This document shows positions 25,143 to 35,052 of a DNA stretch of 43,807 nt, one piece after another. Under the pieces are notes generated by a model. It had not been told where the DNA came from and did not search any database. It saw nothing but the letters and a program-made list of their open reading frames with translations. Source of the DNA: a virus (taxonomy: Duplodnaviria > Caudoviricetes); IMG/VR virus record IMGVR_UViG_3300049141_000046, positions 1 through 43,807 of that record. One strand, given 5' to 3'. The stretch's first letter is position 1. Every line of letters starts with the position of its first letter. The position numbers and the translations under genes were made by a program.

Positions 25143-27088
25143 CAGCCTGCTCCTCCATATCCGCCCTCGCCGTAGCCGCCGGTGCCGTACCCGTAGACGG
25201 GGCTGCACTCCCCGGCCGCATCGGCGCTGAACGTGGCTTGCGGGCCCAGCGACGCGGGCCTGAGTAGCCGGTGGTGCCGGTCGCGGAAGATGAACGTCCC
25301 GTCCGGGGCCGCATACGCGAGCGATGGCGGGCCCTCGGACGAGAGGAGATCGGTCAGCGCCTGGAAGGCGTCGGTCTCCTCCAGCCACCACCACGGAACG
25401 AACGTGGCGCCCAGGTCAATGTCGCGCGGCCCGGTCCAGCCGACCGCGTCGAGGATGGCGCCCACCAGCACCCCGGTGCGCTGCGCCTGGTACAACTCGG
25501 TGCTGATCCTCACGCCTTGCAGCAGCGACAGCAGATCGAACACGGTGATGTCGACAGAGCGGTCCCCGCGGTCCGGATGGACGTCGAAGTCATCGATACG
25601 GCCGGTGAACAGCGGGTAGAGCACGTCGTCGTAGACCGTCTCCACCTTCACCGGGGCAGCCGGTGACAAGTCGTTGGCGATCGGCGAGTCCGGGTTCTCC
25701 GGCGAGTACAGCCGGTCGGCATTGCACAAGGTCATCGACAACGTGCCGACCCTGGGCGGCGCCAGTTGCCGGGCCTGGTCCCGGCCGTAGGAGAAGACGA
25801 CCGGGCCGCGCTGCAGGACATCGCGGGTGACGTCGTCGTAAGCGTCGTCGAAGTCGTTGTCGCCGGTCCAGTCGACGGCGACGGTGTAGCCCTCCGCGAG
25901 AGTGGGCGTGATGTTGAAGTTGTCGAAGTAGGCATAGTCGTCCGAGGGCGGTCCGCCGGTGACGAGTGGGGTGCAGTGCGCGAGGAGCTGCACCTGAAGG
26001 TCGTTCTGTTCCACCCACGCCGGGGATGCCGTGCTGTGCTGGGTGGTCCATTCCCGGCCGTCGGGTGAGGTGTCCCAGGAGAGGATCGACGCGCTCTCGC
26101 GGATCCGCAGCCACGCGTGTGCGACGGGATCGTACGGGAGGACGGCGGCGTTCTCGTCGACGAAGTCCTCGTGGATCGCCATCGACAGGATGTTCGTGGC
26201 GGCGTCGACTTCGGCGACGATCTGCGTGCCGACCACGTTGGACAGGATCAGGAGCTGCGCGTACGACTCGGAATGGCCCGGGCCGTGCGGCGGGATCAGC
26301 TGGACGTGGGCGTGCGAGTCCTGGAGTCGGTAGATCGCGGCGGAGGCGTACGCGGCGAAGCCCTCGTCGCACGGCACTCGCGCGAGGCCGGCGGGCTGGT
26401 CGGGCAGGGCCCCGCCGGGCCCGCTGTTGTAGTTGTCTGGCCACTTCACCGTGTCGACGGCCGGCGCTTCGAAGTCGTCGGTTAGGTCGGCGAACACGGC
26501 GGTCGAGGGGGTGATGTTGAAGTTGTCGAACTCGGCGAAGTCGGCGACGCCGCTGTCGCGGTGGGCGATGAGCTGGATCTCCAGATCCGCGTCCCCCACC
26601 CACGCCGGTGAGGCCGTGGAGCGGCGGGTGGTCCACGACAGGCCGTCCGCGCTGGTCTGCCACACGAGCGTGCCTGCGGTTTCGTGCACGCGGATCCAGC
26701 GGTGGGCCACCGGGTCGTAGGTGAGGGTCACCGCGCCGGCGTCGAAGTAGCCGACGCGGGCGGCGAGGGTCAGATCGCCGGTGACCGCGTTCACCTCGGC
26801 GATGATGTCCGTGCCCGGGGTGGACGACATGATGAGCAGCTGCGCCCACGCCTCGCTGGCCGCGCCGCCTGCTGCGGGCGGGTACATCTCCACCCACGCG
26901 TGGGAGTCGGCGAGGGTGTACGTGTTGGCGCTGGTGAATGCGGCGAAGCCGGTGTCGCATGGGACGCGGGCCCGGCCGCCGGTCTCGGTGGGCGGTCCGC
27001 CCGCGCCGGTGTTGTAGTTCGACGGCCACTTGCCGGTGTCGACCACACCGTCGTCGAAGCTGTCCCGGAGATCCTCGATCAGCGGCAT
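25142..27088 (-). CDS. minor tail protein with two ~200-aa tandem beta domains
   Basis: Follows the tape measure; repeat DSFDD..KWPSNYN / DDFEA..KWPDNYN; then YGRD, FTGRID, DG.FIFRDR. Confidence 0.8.
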   Translation of the reverse strand: MPLIEDLRDSFDDGVVDTGKWPSNYNTGAGGPPTETGGRARVPCDTGFAAFTSANTYTLADSHAWVEMYPPAAGGAASEAWAQLLIMSSTPGTDIIAEVNAVTGDLTLAARVGYFDAGAVTLTYDPVAHRWIRVHETAGTLVWQTSADGLSWTTRRSTASPAWVGDADLEIQLIAHRDSGVADFAEFDNFNITPSTAVFADLTDDFEAPAVDTVKWPDNYNSGPGGALPDQPAGLARVPCDEGFAAYASAAIYRLQDSHAHVQLIPPHGPGHSESYAQLLILSNVVGTQIVAEVDAATNILSMAIHEDFVDENAAVLPYDPVAHAWLRIRESASILSWDTSPDGREWTTQHSTASPAWVEQNDLQVQLLAHCTPLVTGGPPSDDYAYFDNFNITPTLAEGYTVAVDWTGDNDFDDAYDDVTRDVLQRGPVVFSYGRDQARQLAPPRVGTLSMTLCNADRLYSPENPDSPIANDLSPAAPVKVETVYDDVLYPLFTGRIDDFDVHPDRGDRSVDITVFDLLSLLQGVRISTELYQAQRTGVLVGAILDAVGWTGPRDIDLGATFVPWWWLEETDAFQALTDLLSSEGPPSLAYAAPDGTFIFRDRHHRLLRPASLGPQATFSADAAGECSPVYGYGTGGYGEGGYGGAG

Positions 27089-30000
27089 CAGGCGCTCCGG
27101 AATGCGACGGGCAGCTGATTGGTTCGGTTCAGATCATCGAGGCCCTTCGCGAGCCACCTCAGCATTTCCTGCCGCGACCCGATCAGCCCGTTGTTGACGA
27201 GGCCCAGGTGGAAGTGCACCTCTGCCGGGCTGCTCGCCATGCCCGACGGGCGCCCCTTGCCGGCGGCCAGCGCTGGCAGGGAGACGCCCGGCCCGGCCAC
27301 CGCGGGCATCCCAGATGGCAACCCGGAGGCAACCGTCGCGGCCACCCTGGTCATGGCCGTCTTCACCGCGGGCACCGTGCGGATGATGCCGCCCTGCAAG
27401 CCGAGCATGGTCATGCGGCCCACGGCGTCCATCACCCGCGACGGGGACTTGATACCGAGCGCGCGGCGGATCGCCTTCTGCATGCCCTTCGCGATCGAGA
27501 GCATCAGCTTCTCGATCTCCTTCTGCTGCGCCTTCAGCCCGGTCAGGAACCCGGCCCCGGCCTTCTTCCCCGAGTCGTACAGCATGTCGGCACCGGTCTT
27601 GCCGAGCTTGGACGAGGCGCTGCTGATCTGGGCGTTGAGGTTGTTGTAGCGCTTGATGGTGTAGGAGTCGGCGCTGGCGAGAGTCTGGGCGAAAGCCCCT
27701 CCGGCCTCGGGCCCCATCTCCAGGATCTGCTTGAGGAGATCCTTCGACAGCCCCTTCTTCTGGAGCTTTTGCACGTTGGCCGTGAACGCTTTGATCTGGT
27801 TCAGCGAGGCCTTCATCTGGCCCTCGACGTACTTCGGGGAGAACGAGTCGGGCTCGACGATGGAGGCGAGGCTGCCGGTGGCGCGGGCCTGGCCTGCGGT
27901 ATCAGAGGCGAACTTGTTCGCGTCGGCAATCTTCTTCGCAATGCTGTCGCGCTGCCCGGCCAGCGACTGCAGCCTCTTGTTCCCGGCGGCGACCATCTTC
28001 ACCAGGCGGTCGTCCGTGCGGCTACCGGTCCCCTTGAACGCATTGGTGATCGCTGAGGCGATGGACTTCGCCGTCGAGTTGATCTGCGCCTTCGTGCCCG
28101 TCAGGCCCTTGATGAAACCGTGCCCGGTCTGCTTCCCGATCGCCTGCATCTTCTTCGACGGCGACGCGATCTGCAGCTCCTGCCGCACCCCCGTCGTCAC
28201 CGCGGCCGCCATCGCCCGGGCCGCCGCGTACACACTGCCCGTCGACCCGAGCCCCGCCGCCAGCCCTTGTGCGGCCGCCGCGCCCGCGCCAGCCGTGCTG
28301 GACATCATCCGCCTGGTCGTCGCGGCGTCGAAGACGCGGGCGTCCTGCCCGAACGTGACCAGCTCCGGGCCCTCTTCGCCGACGAGTGCCATCTCTCCTC
28401 GCCGTGGGGTACCGCCTGCGGCGTACTTGGAGACACCGCCTTCACCCTGGGCGGGGCGCCCGACGGTGTTGTACGTCGCGATGGTCTGCCGGACGGTGGT
28501 GATGGTGACGGTGCGGGAGCGCAGGGCGTCGATTGCGCGTTGGATCGCGCGGGCTGCGGCGCTGGCCCGGTCCCGCGCGGACAGGGTGATGCTCTTGTCC
28601 TTGAGCGCATCACGGGCGCGCTGCACTGCCCCGATGTTGTCCTTGGCCGTCTTCGTGTTGGCGGTGACGGTGAAGCGGCCGTCGGGGAGTTTGGTGACCT
28701 TGAAGCCCAGTTCCTGGAGCATCCCGACGGCGTCCTTCGTCAACGCCTTGACGGTGACGGACTTGGCGCCGGGGGTCTTCTGAATCGCAGCGATGACACT
28801 GTTCAGGCCGGTGATCGCGTCCTCGGTGCGCATCTCCAGCAGCGTCGACTTCTTCTCCGGGATCCCGCCGATCGACTTCGCGAGTCGCTCGGCCTCCTGC
28901 CGGTTCAGGCCCATCGCCATCGCCGAGTTGATGAACGTGGTCCGGCCACGCTCGTAGATCCCGTTGACCGTCTGCCACGAAGCGCCGGACTCCCGCGCCG
29001 CGGCAGCAGCCTCATCGGTCTTCGTCCCGAGGTCGCTGAGCGCGGTGGCGGCGGCCCGCTGCTTCTCCGTGTTCAGGGTGAGCTGGCCGCCCTGCATCGA
29101 CAGGACTCCGGCGTTCGCCTGCGCTGCTTTCGATGTGGCGTCGATCGCAGCCTCGAAGCCGATCATCCCGCCGAGGCCAGCGCGATTGGCGTCGTTCAAC
29201 GCCTGGATCGCCTGCCTCAACCCGTCGGCGCTGGCCTTCTGTTCGGCGAGCTTGGTAGAGGTCTGCTGCGCCTGCTGCCCGAACAGGCCCATCGCATCGG
29301 CCGCGAGCTGCTGCTCGAACTTCGCGTCCGCGATGGCGGCCTTGTACTCGGTCAGCTTGGAGGTGAACTCGGCGGTGTCCCGGCCGCCCTTGCCGTACTC
29401 GGCGGTCAGCCGCTTCAACGCTGCGGCGGCGAGGTCGGCCTGCCCGTTGCGGACCAGCCCTGAGAGTGCCTCGTCGACGGCCCCCAGATTCTCCTTGGCT
29501 TCCTTGACGGGCGTCGAGTCCCAGCCCGTCCACCCGACGAGGAACTGCTGCACATTGTCGGTCGTCGACGGATCGGTGAGCGACTTGACCTTGCCGTACA
29601 GGCCGTCGAGGTCCGTACCGAAAGCTTTCGCAGCCTCGCCGGTGACCTTGCCCGTACTGCCCAGCCGGGCCAGCGAGCCAGTCAACTTGTCGATATCCGG
29701 GGGTGCTGCCCGGCCGCGCTGCGACAACTCCGACAGCGCGATCACCAGCAGACCGATACCTGTACCCGCGACCGCGATCTTCGCCGACCGTGACAGCGTG
29801 CCGATCGCCGCCGCCATCTTCGGCAGCACACCCGTCGCGCCGGCCGCCGCCAGCCGCATCGCGCCGATCGACGCAGCGAACGCCGTCATCCCGAGTGACG
29901 CGACCGCCATCGCTGCCGCCGCGAGCTGCACGGCCTTCAATGCGAGCGCGAGTTGCAGCATGGTGGTGATCACACCGGGCGGCACCGCAGCCACCAGGCT

Positions 30001-30948
30001 GGCGAGAACGTTGACGACCGTCAGCAGGCCGGGCCCCACGTTCGCAGCGGCCTGCAAAACGTTCGACAGGGCCTGCGCCAGGTTCGACAGGGTCTCCCTC
30101 ACGAGGGGCCCGTTGGCGCGGACGTACTCCATGAACTCCGACGCGCCACCCTTGATCGCCCCGGTGTTCAGCGTCCGCATGAAGCGGATCAGCGCGTCGT
30201 TGCCGCGCTGGAGCGCGCCGGTGGAGAACTCGGAGAACGAGGTCATGAACCGGTCGAAGCCGGGTGAGGCGACGCCGCCCGCGATGATGGTGACGAACCG
30301 GTCGAGCTGCGTGCCCGCTCCCTGCACCATCGGCGTGAGCTTCGGGAACACCGCGCCGAACGTCTGCATGGCCTTCGTCGCGACCGGCATCGTGCTGGAG
30401 GCGAGACTGTTCGACCACGCCTCGTACCCGTCCTTGAAGGACGACAGTGCGGCCGCCGCCTCACGAGTGGCGGGCGGCATGTCCTTGACCTGCCGCACGT
30501 AGGCGGCCTGCGCCTGGATGGCTTCCTTCGACGCGGCGCCGTGCTCGTCGATGGCGTCCTTGTACTTCTTCTCTGCGTCCGCCGCCTCCGCCATGGCAGC
30601 GACCTGGCCGCCCGCTGCGGCGGCGAACGCGCCGATCGCGACCGTCGCCGCGCCCACCCCGGCGGCGATCGGGGCAGCCTGCGCTGCGATCGGGATGAGC
30701 GCCGGCGTCAGGGTGATCGCGGTCCGCTTGAGCTTGTCCAGTGCGCCGGTGAAGAGCGTGCCGCCGCCGGCCGCCCGGTTGAATGCGGTCCCCATGAGCC
30801 GGGACTCGGAGACGAACCGGCCGCGCATGTCGCGGAGTCGGCCGTCGGTGGTGCGGGAGAAGTCGCGCAGGGCGCGTGCTGCCGGATCCGTGTTGGCGTT
30901 GACGTTGATGTGGGCGTCGCCGACGAGTCCGCCGCCGGGGGTGGTCAT
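27088..30948 (-). CDS. tape measure protein
   Basis: 1286 aa, Ala-rich; VGEEGPE and two I.SPS motifs; follows the chaperones. Confidence 0.93.
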   Translation of the reverse strand: MTTPGGGLVGDAHINVNANTDPAARALRDFSRTTDGRLRDMRGRFVSESRLMGTAFNRAAGGGTLFTGALDKLKRTAITLTPALIPIAAQAAPIAAGVGAATVAIGAFAAAAGGQVAAMAEAADAEKKYKDAIDEHGAASKEAIQAQAAYVRQVKDMPPATREAAAALSSFKDGYEAWSNSLASSTMPVATKAMQTFGAVFPKLTPMVQGAGTQLDRFVTIIAGGVASPGFDRFMTSFSEFSTGALQRGNDALIRFMRTLNTGAIKGGASEFMEYVRANGPLVRETLSNLAQALSNVLQAAANVGPGLLTVVNVLASLVAAVPPGVITTMLQLALALKAVQLAAAAMAVASLGMTAFAASIGAMRLAAAGATGVLPKMAAAIGTLSRSAKIAVAGTGIGLLVIALSELSQRGRAAPPDIDKLTGSLARLGSTGKVTGEAAKAFGTDLDGLYGKVKSLTDPSTTDNVQQFLVGWTGWDSTPVKEAKENLGAVDEALSGLVRNGQADLAAAALKRLTAEYGKGGRDTAEFTSKLTEYKAAIADAKFEQQLAADAMGLFGQQAQQTSTKLAEQKASADGLRQAIQALNDANRAGLGGMIGFEAAIDATSKAAQANAGVLSMQGGQLTLNTEKQRAAATALSDLGTKTDEAAAAARESGASWQTVNGIYERGRTTFINSAMAMGLNRQEAERLAKSIGGIPEKKSTLLEMRTEDAITGLNSVIAAIQKTPGAKSVTVKALTKDAVGMLQELGFKVTKLPDGRFTVTANTKTAKDNIGAVQRARDALKDKSITLSARDRASAAARAIQRAIDALRSRTVTITTVRQTIATYNTVGRPAQGEGGVSKYAAGGTPRRGEMALVGEEGPELVTFGQDARVFDAATTRRMMSSTAGAGAAAAQGLAAGLGSTGSVYAAARAMAAAVTTGVRQELQIASPSKKMQAIGKQTGHGFIKGLTGTKAQINSTAKSIASAITNAFKGTGSRTDDRLVKMVAAGNKRLQSLAGQRDSIAKKIADANKFASDTAGQARATGSLASIVEPDSFSPKYVEGQMKASLNQIKAFTANVQKLQKKGLSKDLLKQILEMGPEAGGAFAQTLASADSYTIKRYNNLNAQISSASSKLGKTGADMLYDSGKKAGAGFLTGLKAQQKEIEKLMLSIAKGMQKAIRRALGIKSPSRVMDAVGRMTMLGLQGGIIRTVPAVKTAMTRVAATVASGLPSGMPAVAGPGVSLPALAAGKGRPSGMASSPAEVHFHLGLVNNGLIGSRQEMLRWLAKGLDDLNRTNQLPVAFRSA

Positions 30949-31300
30949 GTGAGGGTCACCCCCATGGAGGCGAGGAAGGCCTGGCTTGCGTCCTCAGCGC
31001 CGGTCCACCACCACGGTGCGCCGGTGTCTTTCGTCTGCTGCATCTCGGCGCGTTCACGGCCGGGGAGTGCCCATGCCGAAACGCCGAGGTCGGCATCGAA
31101 GCGTGCGCGTGCCTGTTCCTCGGACTGTCCTTCGCGGACGATCAGCCGCTGCAGCATTTCGGCGTAGATCGCGTTCAGGAAGCGGTCGGCTCGGAGGCCT
31201 GCGAGGTCGACTCCGCGGGCTGCGTATTCACCGTCGAGCTGGTGCCAGACTCCGGGCTGGACGGCCCATCCGACGAGGGCTGCGACGGCTGTGTAGGGCG
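30945..31300 (-). CDS. tail assembly chaperone, frameshift extension
   Basis: -1 frame overlapping the end of 31175-31675; stop overlaps the tape measure start. Confidence 0.7.
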
Positions 31301-31675
31301 CATGCCGTACTCCTCCAGCAGCCACAGGACGACGTCGGCCATCTGGTCGTCGTCGATGGGGCGTTCCTTGTCCTTCAGTCGGGCGGTGAACCGCTGGAAG
31401 GAGTCCTCCAGGAGGGCGAGGCCGAGGGCGCGCTTGAGGAGGTCGTGCTGTTCCTGGTAGGTCTCGACGTCGGTGGTGTTGTTGTAGAGGGTGACGAACT
31501 CGGCGTAGATGTCGCCGGGCAGGGCGGTGGCCGCCTCGAACACTTCGGTGTCGATGGTGAAGGTGAGGCGTTTGCGGGTGCGGCTGAAGTCGCGGGCTGC
31601 CGGGGGCGCGGCGGCGGCCATGATGGGGGGCGCGGCGGGTGCGGCGCCGTTCGGGTGGGTGAGCAGCTCGGTCAT
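31175..31675 (-). CDS. tail assembly chaperone
   Basis: Upstream of the tape measure; ..WLLEEYGMRPT then a low-complexity Ser/Pro tail. Confidence 0.8.
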   Translation of the reverse strand: MTELLTHPNGAAPAAPPIMAAAAPPAARDFSRTRKRLTFTIDTEVFEAATALPGDIYAEFVTLYNNTTDVETYQEQHDLLKRALGLALLEDSFQRFTARLKDKERPIDDDQMADVVLWLLEEYGMRPTQPSQPSSDGPSSPESGTSSTVNTQPAESTSQASEPTAS

Positions 31676-31681
31676 GGGTGG

Positions 31682-31715
31682 GACGGTAGGTTCGCCTCCG
31701 CCATGATCATTCCGG
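31682..31715 (-). promoter_or_regulatory. repeated late-promoter-like motif
   Basis: CCGGAATGATC-N15-CTACCGTC, ATG 7 nt after TACCGT. Confidence 0.75.
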
Positions 31716-31718
31716 TGG

Positions 31719-32114
31719 TCAGAGAGCGGCCCGTAGCGCGTCTCGCAGGAAGTTGTTCGGCTGCGTACCGGGGTGCATGACGATCTTCGCGTAGACCGTC
31801 GAGCCGCCCACGGTGAACTTGAGCGCCCGGGCGCGGACCGGGCGGATCACGTGCGGACGGGTGCCGCCAATGACGTACAGGGTGGCCGGGTGGCGGGAGT
31901 TGATGACGCCCTGGAAGTCGCCGCCCGGGCCGCTGCGGATCTGCACGGTGAGGTTGTTCCCGTCACCCATGCTGCCCGGCGCGCGGCGCCGCGCCTCGGC
32001 CTCGACTCGGCGCACCCGGCGCTCCATGTCCCGGTACACCATCCCGCCCGGCAGGCGCAGCATCCGCTGGATCGCGGTGCGGTTGAGGTCGAAGCTCGTC
32101 GACACCGTGAACAC
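31719..32114 (-). CDS. neck / tail completion protein (HK97 gp10-like)
   Basis: ARRRAP, GTRPHVIRP, HPGT.PN.FL..AL. Confidence 0.75.
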   Translation of the reverse strand: MFTVSTSFDLNRTAIQRMLRLPGGMVYRDMERRVRRVEAEARRRAPGSMGDGNNLTVQIRSGPGGDFQGVINSRHPATLYVIGGTRPHVIRPVRARALKFTVGGSTVYAKIVMHPGTQPNNFLRDALRAAL

Positions 32115-32116
32115 GG

Positions 32117-32623
32117 TCAGTTCCTCGGCAAGGAGACGACCGCACGGAGTTCGTTCCCGCCGCAGCAGCCAGACGGCCCCTGCGGTACGAGCGCGCGCAT
32201 GAGGTAATCGCTGATCTCCCGGCCCTCGTTCATCTGGCACAGGGTCGTAGAGACGGCGCGCATCATCTCGTACGCGTCGCGGAGGATCTCCTGCGCGGAG
32301 GTGTCGAGAGCGGCCACCTTGGGCGGGTTGCCGTTGTCGTCTGGGCACGGGGTGCAGCGGACCACCTGGATGATGATCTCAGCTGCCTCCCAGGGCGCGT
32401 CGCAGGCGTTGCCGACGCGGGCCTGCGCCGGGTTGGGGAACTGCTCGGTCGGATAGGTCTGCCCGACGGACACGGCGAGGAGACCGCAGTCGCAGGCATC
32501 CCACGCGATCACCCCGGGAACGACACCATGCCGGGCCGGAGTGACGGAAAGCTCGGCGTAGATCGCCTGCTCCAGGCGGGAGGCGACGGTGTACCACTTC
32601 AGCGGGCCGGAGATCATCGGCAT
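32117..32623 (-). CDS. putative tail terminator
   Basis: Position; AWDACDCG.L.V and GP.G.C.G; start MPMISG at 32623. Confidence 0.6.
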   Translation of the reverse strand: MPMISGPLKWYTVASRLEQAIYAELSVTPARHGVVPGVIAWDACDCGLLAVSVGQTYPTEQFPNPAQARVGNACDAPWEAAEIIIQVVRCTPCPDDNGNPPKVAALDTSAQEILRDAYEMMRAVSTTLCQMNEGREISDYLMRALVPQGPSGCCGGNELRAVVSLPRN

Positions 32624-32625
32624 GG

Positions 32626-33420
32626 TCAGGTCCCCGCTCTGCGCACGGTCGGCCGGTCCACGCTGTACACGCGAGACCGCTGCCGCAACCCACCCGGATT
32701 CCACGTGGCGATGAACGCGTCGACGAGGTAGAGCCCGGTGCGGCCCTGCCGGAACAGCTCACCGACGTCCGGATAGCTGATGGTCACGCCCTGCCGCACG
32801 AGCTGCTGCACCCCGGCCGGCAGGCGGCAGTCCTGCCCGTCCGCGGCCTTCGCGAACTGGCAGGCCAGCTCGCCCATCGCCAACGCGGCACCCTCCGGCG
32901 GCTCTTCCCCATACAGGGCGGTCACCGACCACGTGCCCTCTTCGGTGTCCGCCTTCGACAGGTCATTGCAGCGCGGCCACCGGCCGCCGTCCGTCCGCAC
33001 CAACAGCCGGTTGTTGTCGACCCGGTACGCGCCCGTCACCAGCGGCGTCCCGTCGATCTTCACCTCGACGATCCGGTGCACCGGCGCGGGCAGCAGTGCC
33101 TCCGACACCACACCGCATCCGCAGTCCGAGCAGGAGCCGCACGTCAGGTTGAACCACTGCCCGCCGATCAACGCAGGCTGCGGATACGAGCGGGCCCCCG
33201 TCCACGGCGGCCCGAAGTCGTCGAAGAACCGGCCGTCGTAGCATTCCCGGCGGCACGGGCGCAGCGTGACCTCGCACAGCCCGAACCGCATCCCCGACAA
33301 CGCGGACAGCGTCTCCGTCGCTGCGGCCACCGCCACCCCGGTCACAGCCGGGTTGAGGGTGGCCACATCGCACGTCCACTGCACGGGCCAGTTCTCGCAC
33401 GGACCGAACGCCGCCACCAC
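32626..33420 (-). CDS. head-to-tail adaptor
   Basis: LSGMRFGLC..LRPC, WP.C.D, RQGVT and TGL..VD. Confidence 0.7.
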   Translation of the reverse strand: MVAAFGPCENWPVQWTCDVATLNPAVTGVAVAAATETLSALSGMRFGLCEVTLRPCRRECYDGRFFDDFGPPWTGARSYPQPALIGGQWFNLTCGSCSDCGCGVVSEALLPAPVHRIVEVKIDGTPLVTGAYRVDNNRLLVRTDGGRWPRCNDLSKADTEEGTWSVTALYGEEPPEGAALAMGELACQFAKAADGQDCRLPAGVQQLVRQGVTISYPDVGELFRQGRTGLYLVDAFIATWNPGGLRQRSRVYSVDRPTVRRAGT

Positions 33421-33429
33421 GAGGAAGAC

Positions 33430-34107
33430 CTACGCGGCGAGCGTCGTCGGGTCACACGCGATCGTCGGCGGCGCCGTCGTCGTGACGTTCCACACCCAGT
33501 GCTCGTCTGTCTCGATGGTCTCTCCAGCGGGCAGGTAGTCGTCTCCCACCAGAGCGAGCCACAGTGAGGACGCGCCGCGGGATTCGCTGGTGACTTCCAG
33601 CATCGAGCGGCCATTCTCGATGGGGTACGAGCCGAGCTGCGAGGCGCCGACGTTGGGCCACGCGTTGTAGATGTAGCGCTGCGCACCCGAGGCGTCGCAG
33701 GCGCCCGCGCCCGCGACTTCCTGCCACACCTCCAGGCTGTAGCGCCGGTCTGGGTTGCCCTCGCGGACTGCGAAGCCAGTACCGGTGGCTGGGGTGCCAG
33801 TGGTCAGTTCGCGGCCGGAGATCAGCAGGCTGATAGCGCTGACGTTGACCTCGCAGAACTGAGAGGTCAGGTTGAGGCGCTTGAGGGTGGGATCGTCCTT
33901 CTGGTTCACGCACGGTGTGCCGTCCGCGGTCCGCTCGAAGAACTCGGTTCCGTCCTCGTACTGCGGCTCCATGCTGACCTGCACGAAGCCCTTGGTGACG
34001 ACGACCAAACCGGACGTTCCGGTGATCGGGACGCCGCAGGCGTCGAGCTCGATGATGCGCATGTGCGTGCCCTTGATGGGAGTCGCGCACGTGGAGACTG
34101 TGGCCAT
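33430..34107 (-). CDS. major tail protein
   Basis: G..MR...LDACG.P, EDGTE, G.PCV and SLEVW; position. Confidence 0.7.
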   Translation of the reverse strand: MATVSTCATPIKGTHMRIIELDACGVPITGTSGLVVVTKGFVQVSMEPQYEDGTEFFERTADGTPCVNQKDDPTLKRLNLTSQFCEVNVSAISLLISGRELTTGTPATGTGFAVREGNPDRRYSLEVWQEVAGAGACDASGAQRYIYNAWPNVGASQLGSYPIENGRSMLEVTSESRGASSLWLALVGDDYLPAGETIETDEHWVWNVTTTAPPTIACDPTTLAA

Positions 34108-34119
34108 GGGTTCTATCTC

Positions 34120-35004
34120 CTATTCGGTGGGCACGCCCAGGGCGATGTGCGCGGCCAGCAGGCAGCACTCGAACCCGATGAGGTAGGTGCGTTCGGCCTG
34201 CATGCGGAGGGTGTTGGAAGACCGGTCCAGCGAGTCGCGGACCTGGGTGAAATACACGTCGGACCGGTAGCCCCAGGCCGCGCCGGTGGCGTAAATCCAC
34301 GACGTGCCCTCGGCGGGAGCTGCCCCGTCCGGGCCGCTGCCGGTGTAGCCACCCCCGGCAACGATCAGGTTCCCGGACGGGGTCACCAGCCGCCCGCTGG
34401 CGTCGTCGAGCCGGGCCAGCTTCCACGCGGCCAAAGTGGGCAGCGCGCTGGGCGGCACGTGGATCAGGCCCTGGCCCTTGTAGCAGTCGGCGAGTTCCTG
34501 CTCCAGCAAGCCGAGCGCATGCGCTGCATCCGCTCCGGTGACGACCGGAGAGGCGACAGGCTGCAGGAGGACCTCACCGTCCACGTTCTCCGTGTCGCCC
34601 GCCAGGTGCGGGAACACCACCTGCTGGCCGGCCGCCGTGCCCGTCCAGAACGCGGTCTCAACCTGCTGCTGTTCGACGCGGGTCAACGCGTCGCGGGCGA
34701 TGTTCTGCGCGTCGCCGAGGCCGACCGGTGTGCACTGGAACTCTGCGATCACCGTGAAGGGGAGCGCGCCCCGGGTGTCCTGCGTGACGTTAGGTGTCTT
34801 CGCGGGCGGGGCCGGGGCTGCTTCTCCAGTGCCGGTTACGGCGATGCACTCGTCGTAGGTGGTGTCACCGGCCGGGCAGCGCTCGACCCAGGTGACACCG
34901 TTCTGCCAGTGCGGTCCGCCCGGGCTGGGGGTTTGGATGCTGTCCCACAGCCCGTAGGGCAGGGGGGTGAACACCGTGGGCAGATCGATGAGCTGGCGCG
35001 CCAC
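34120..35004 (-). CDS. second capsid protein (putative pentamer protein)
   Basis: Follows the major capsid; HW.NGV, PF.V...C, TP.GN....GGY, AERTY; arrangement as in cluster-B-type actinophages. Confidence 0.65.
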   Translation of the reverse strand: MARQLIDLPTVFTPLPYGLWDSIQTPSPGGPHWQNGVTWVERCPAGDTTYDECIAVTGTGEAAPAPPAKTPNVTQDTRGALPFTVIAEFQCTPVGLGDAQNIARDALTRVEQQQVETAFWTGTAAGQQVVFPHLAGDTENVDGEVLLQPVASPVVTGADAAHALGLLEQELADCYKGQGLIHVPPSALPTLAAWKLARLDDASGRLVTPSGNLIVAGGGYTGSGPDGAAPAEGTSWIYATGAAWGYRSDVYFTQVRDSLDRSSNTLRMQAERTYLIGFECCLLAAHIALGVPTE

Positions 35005-35052
35005 TGGTGCTCACCACCCTTCTTCGTCAGGTCGGTTCACGGCCGGGCCGGG

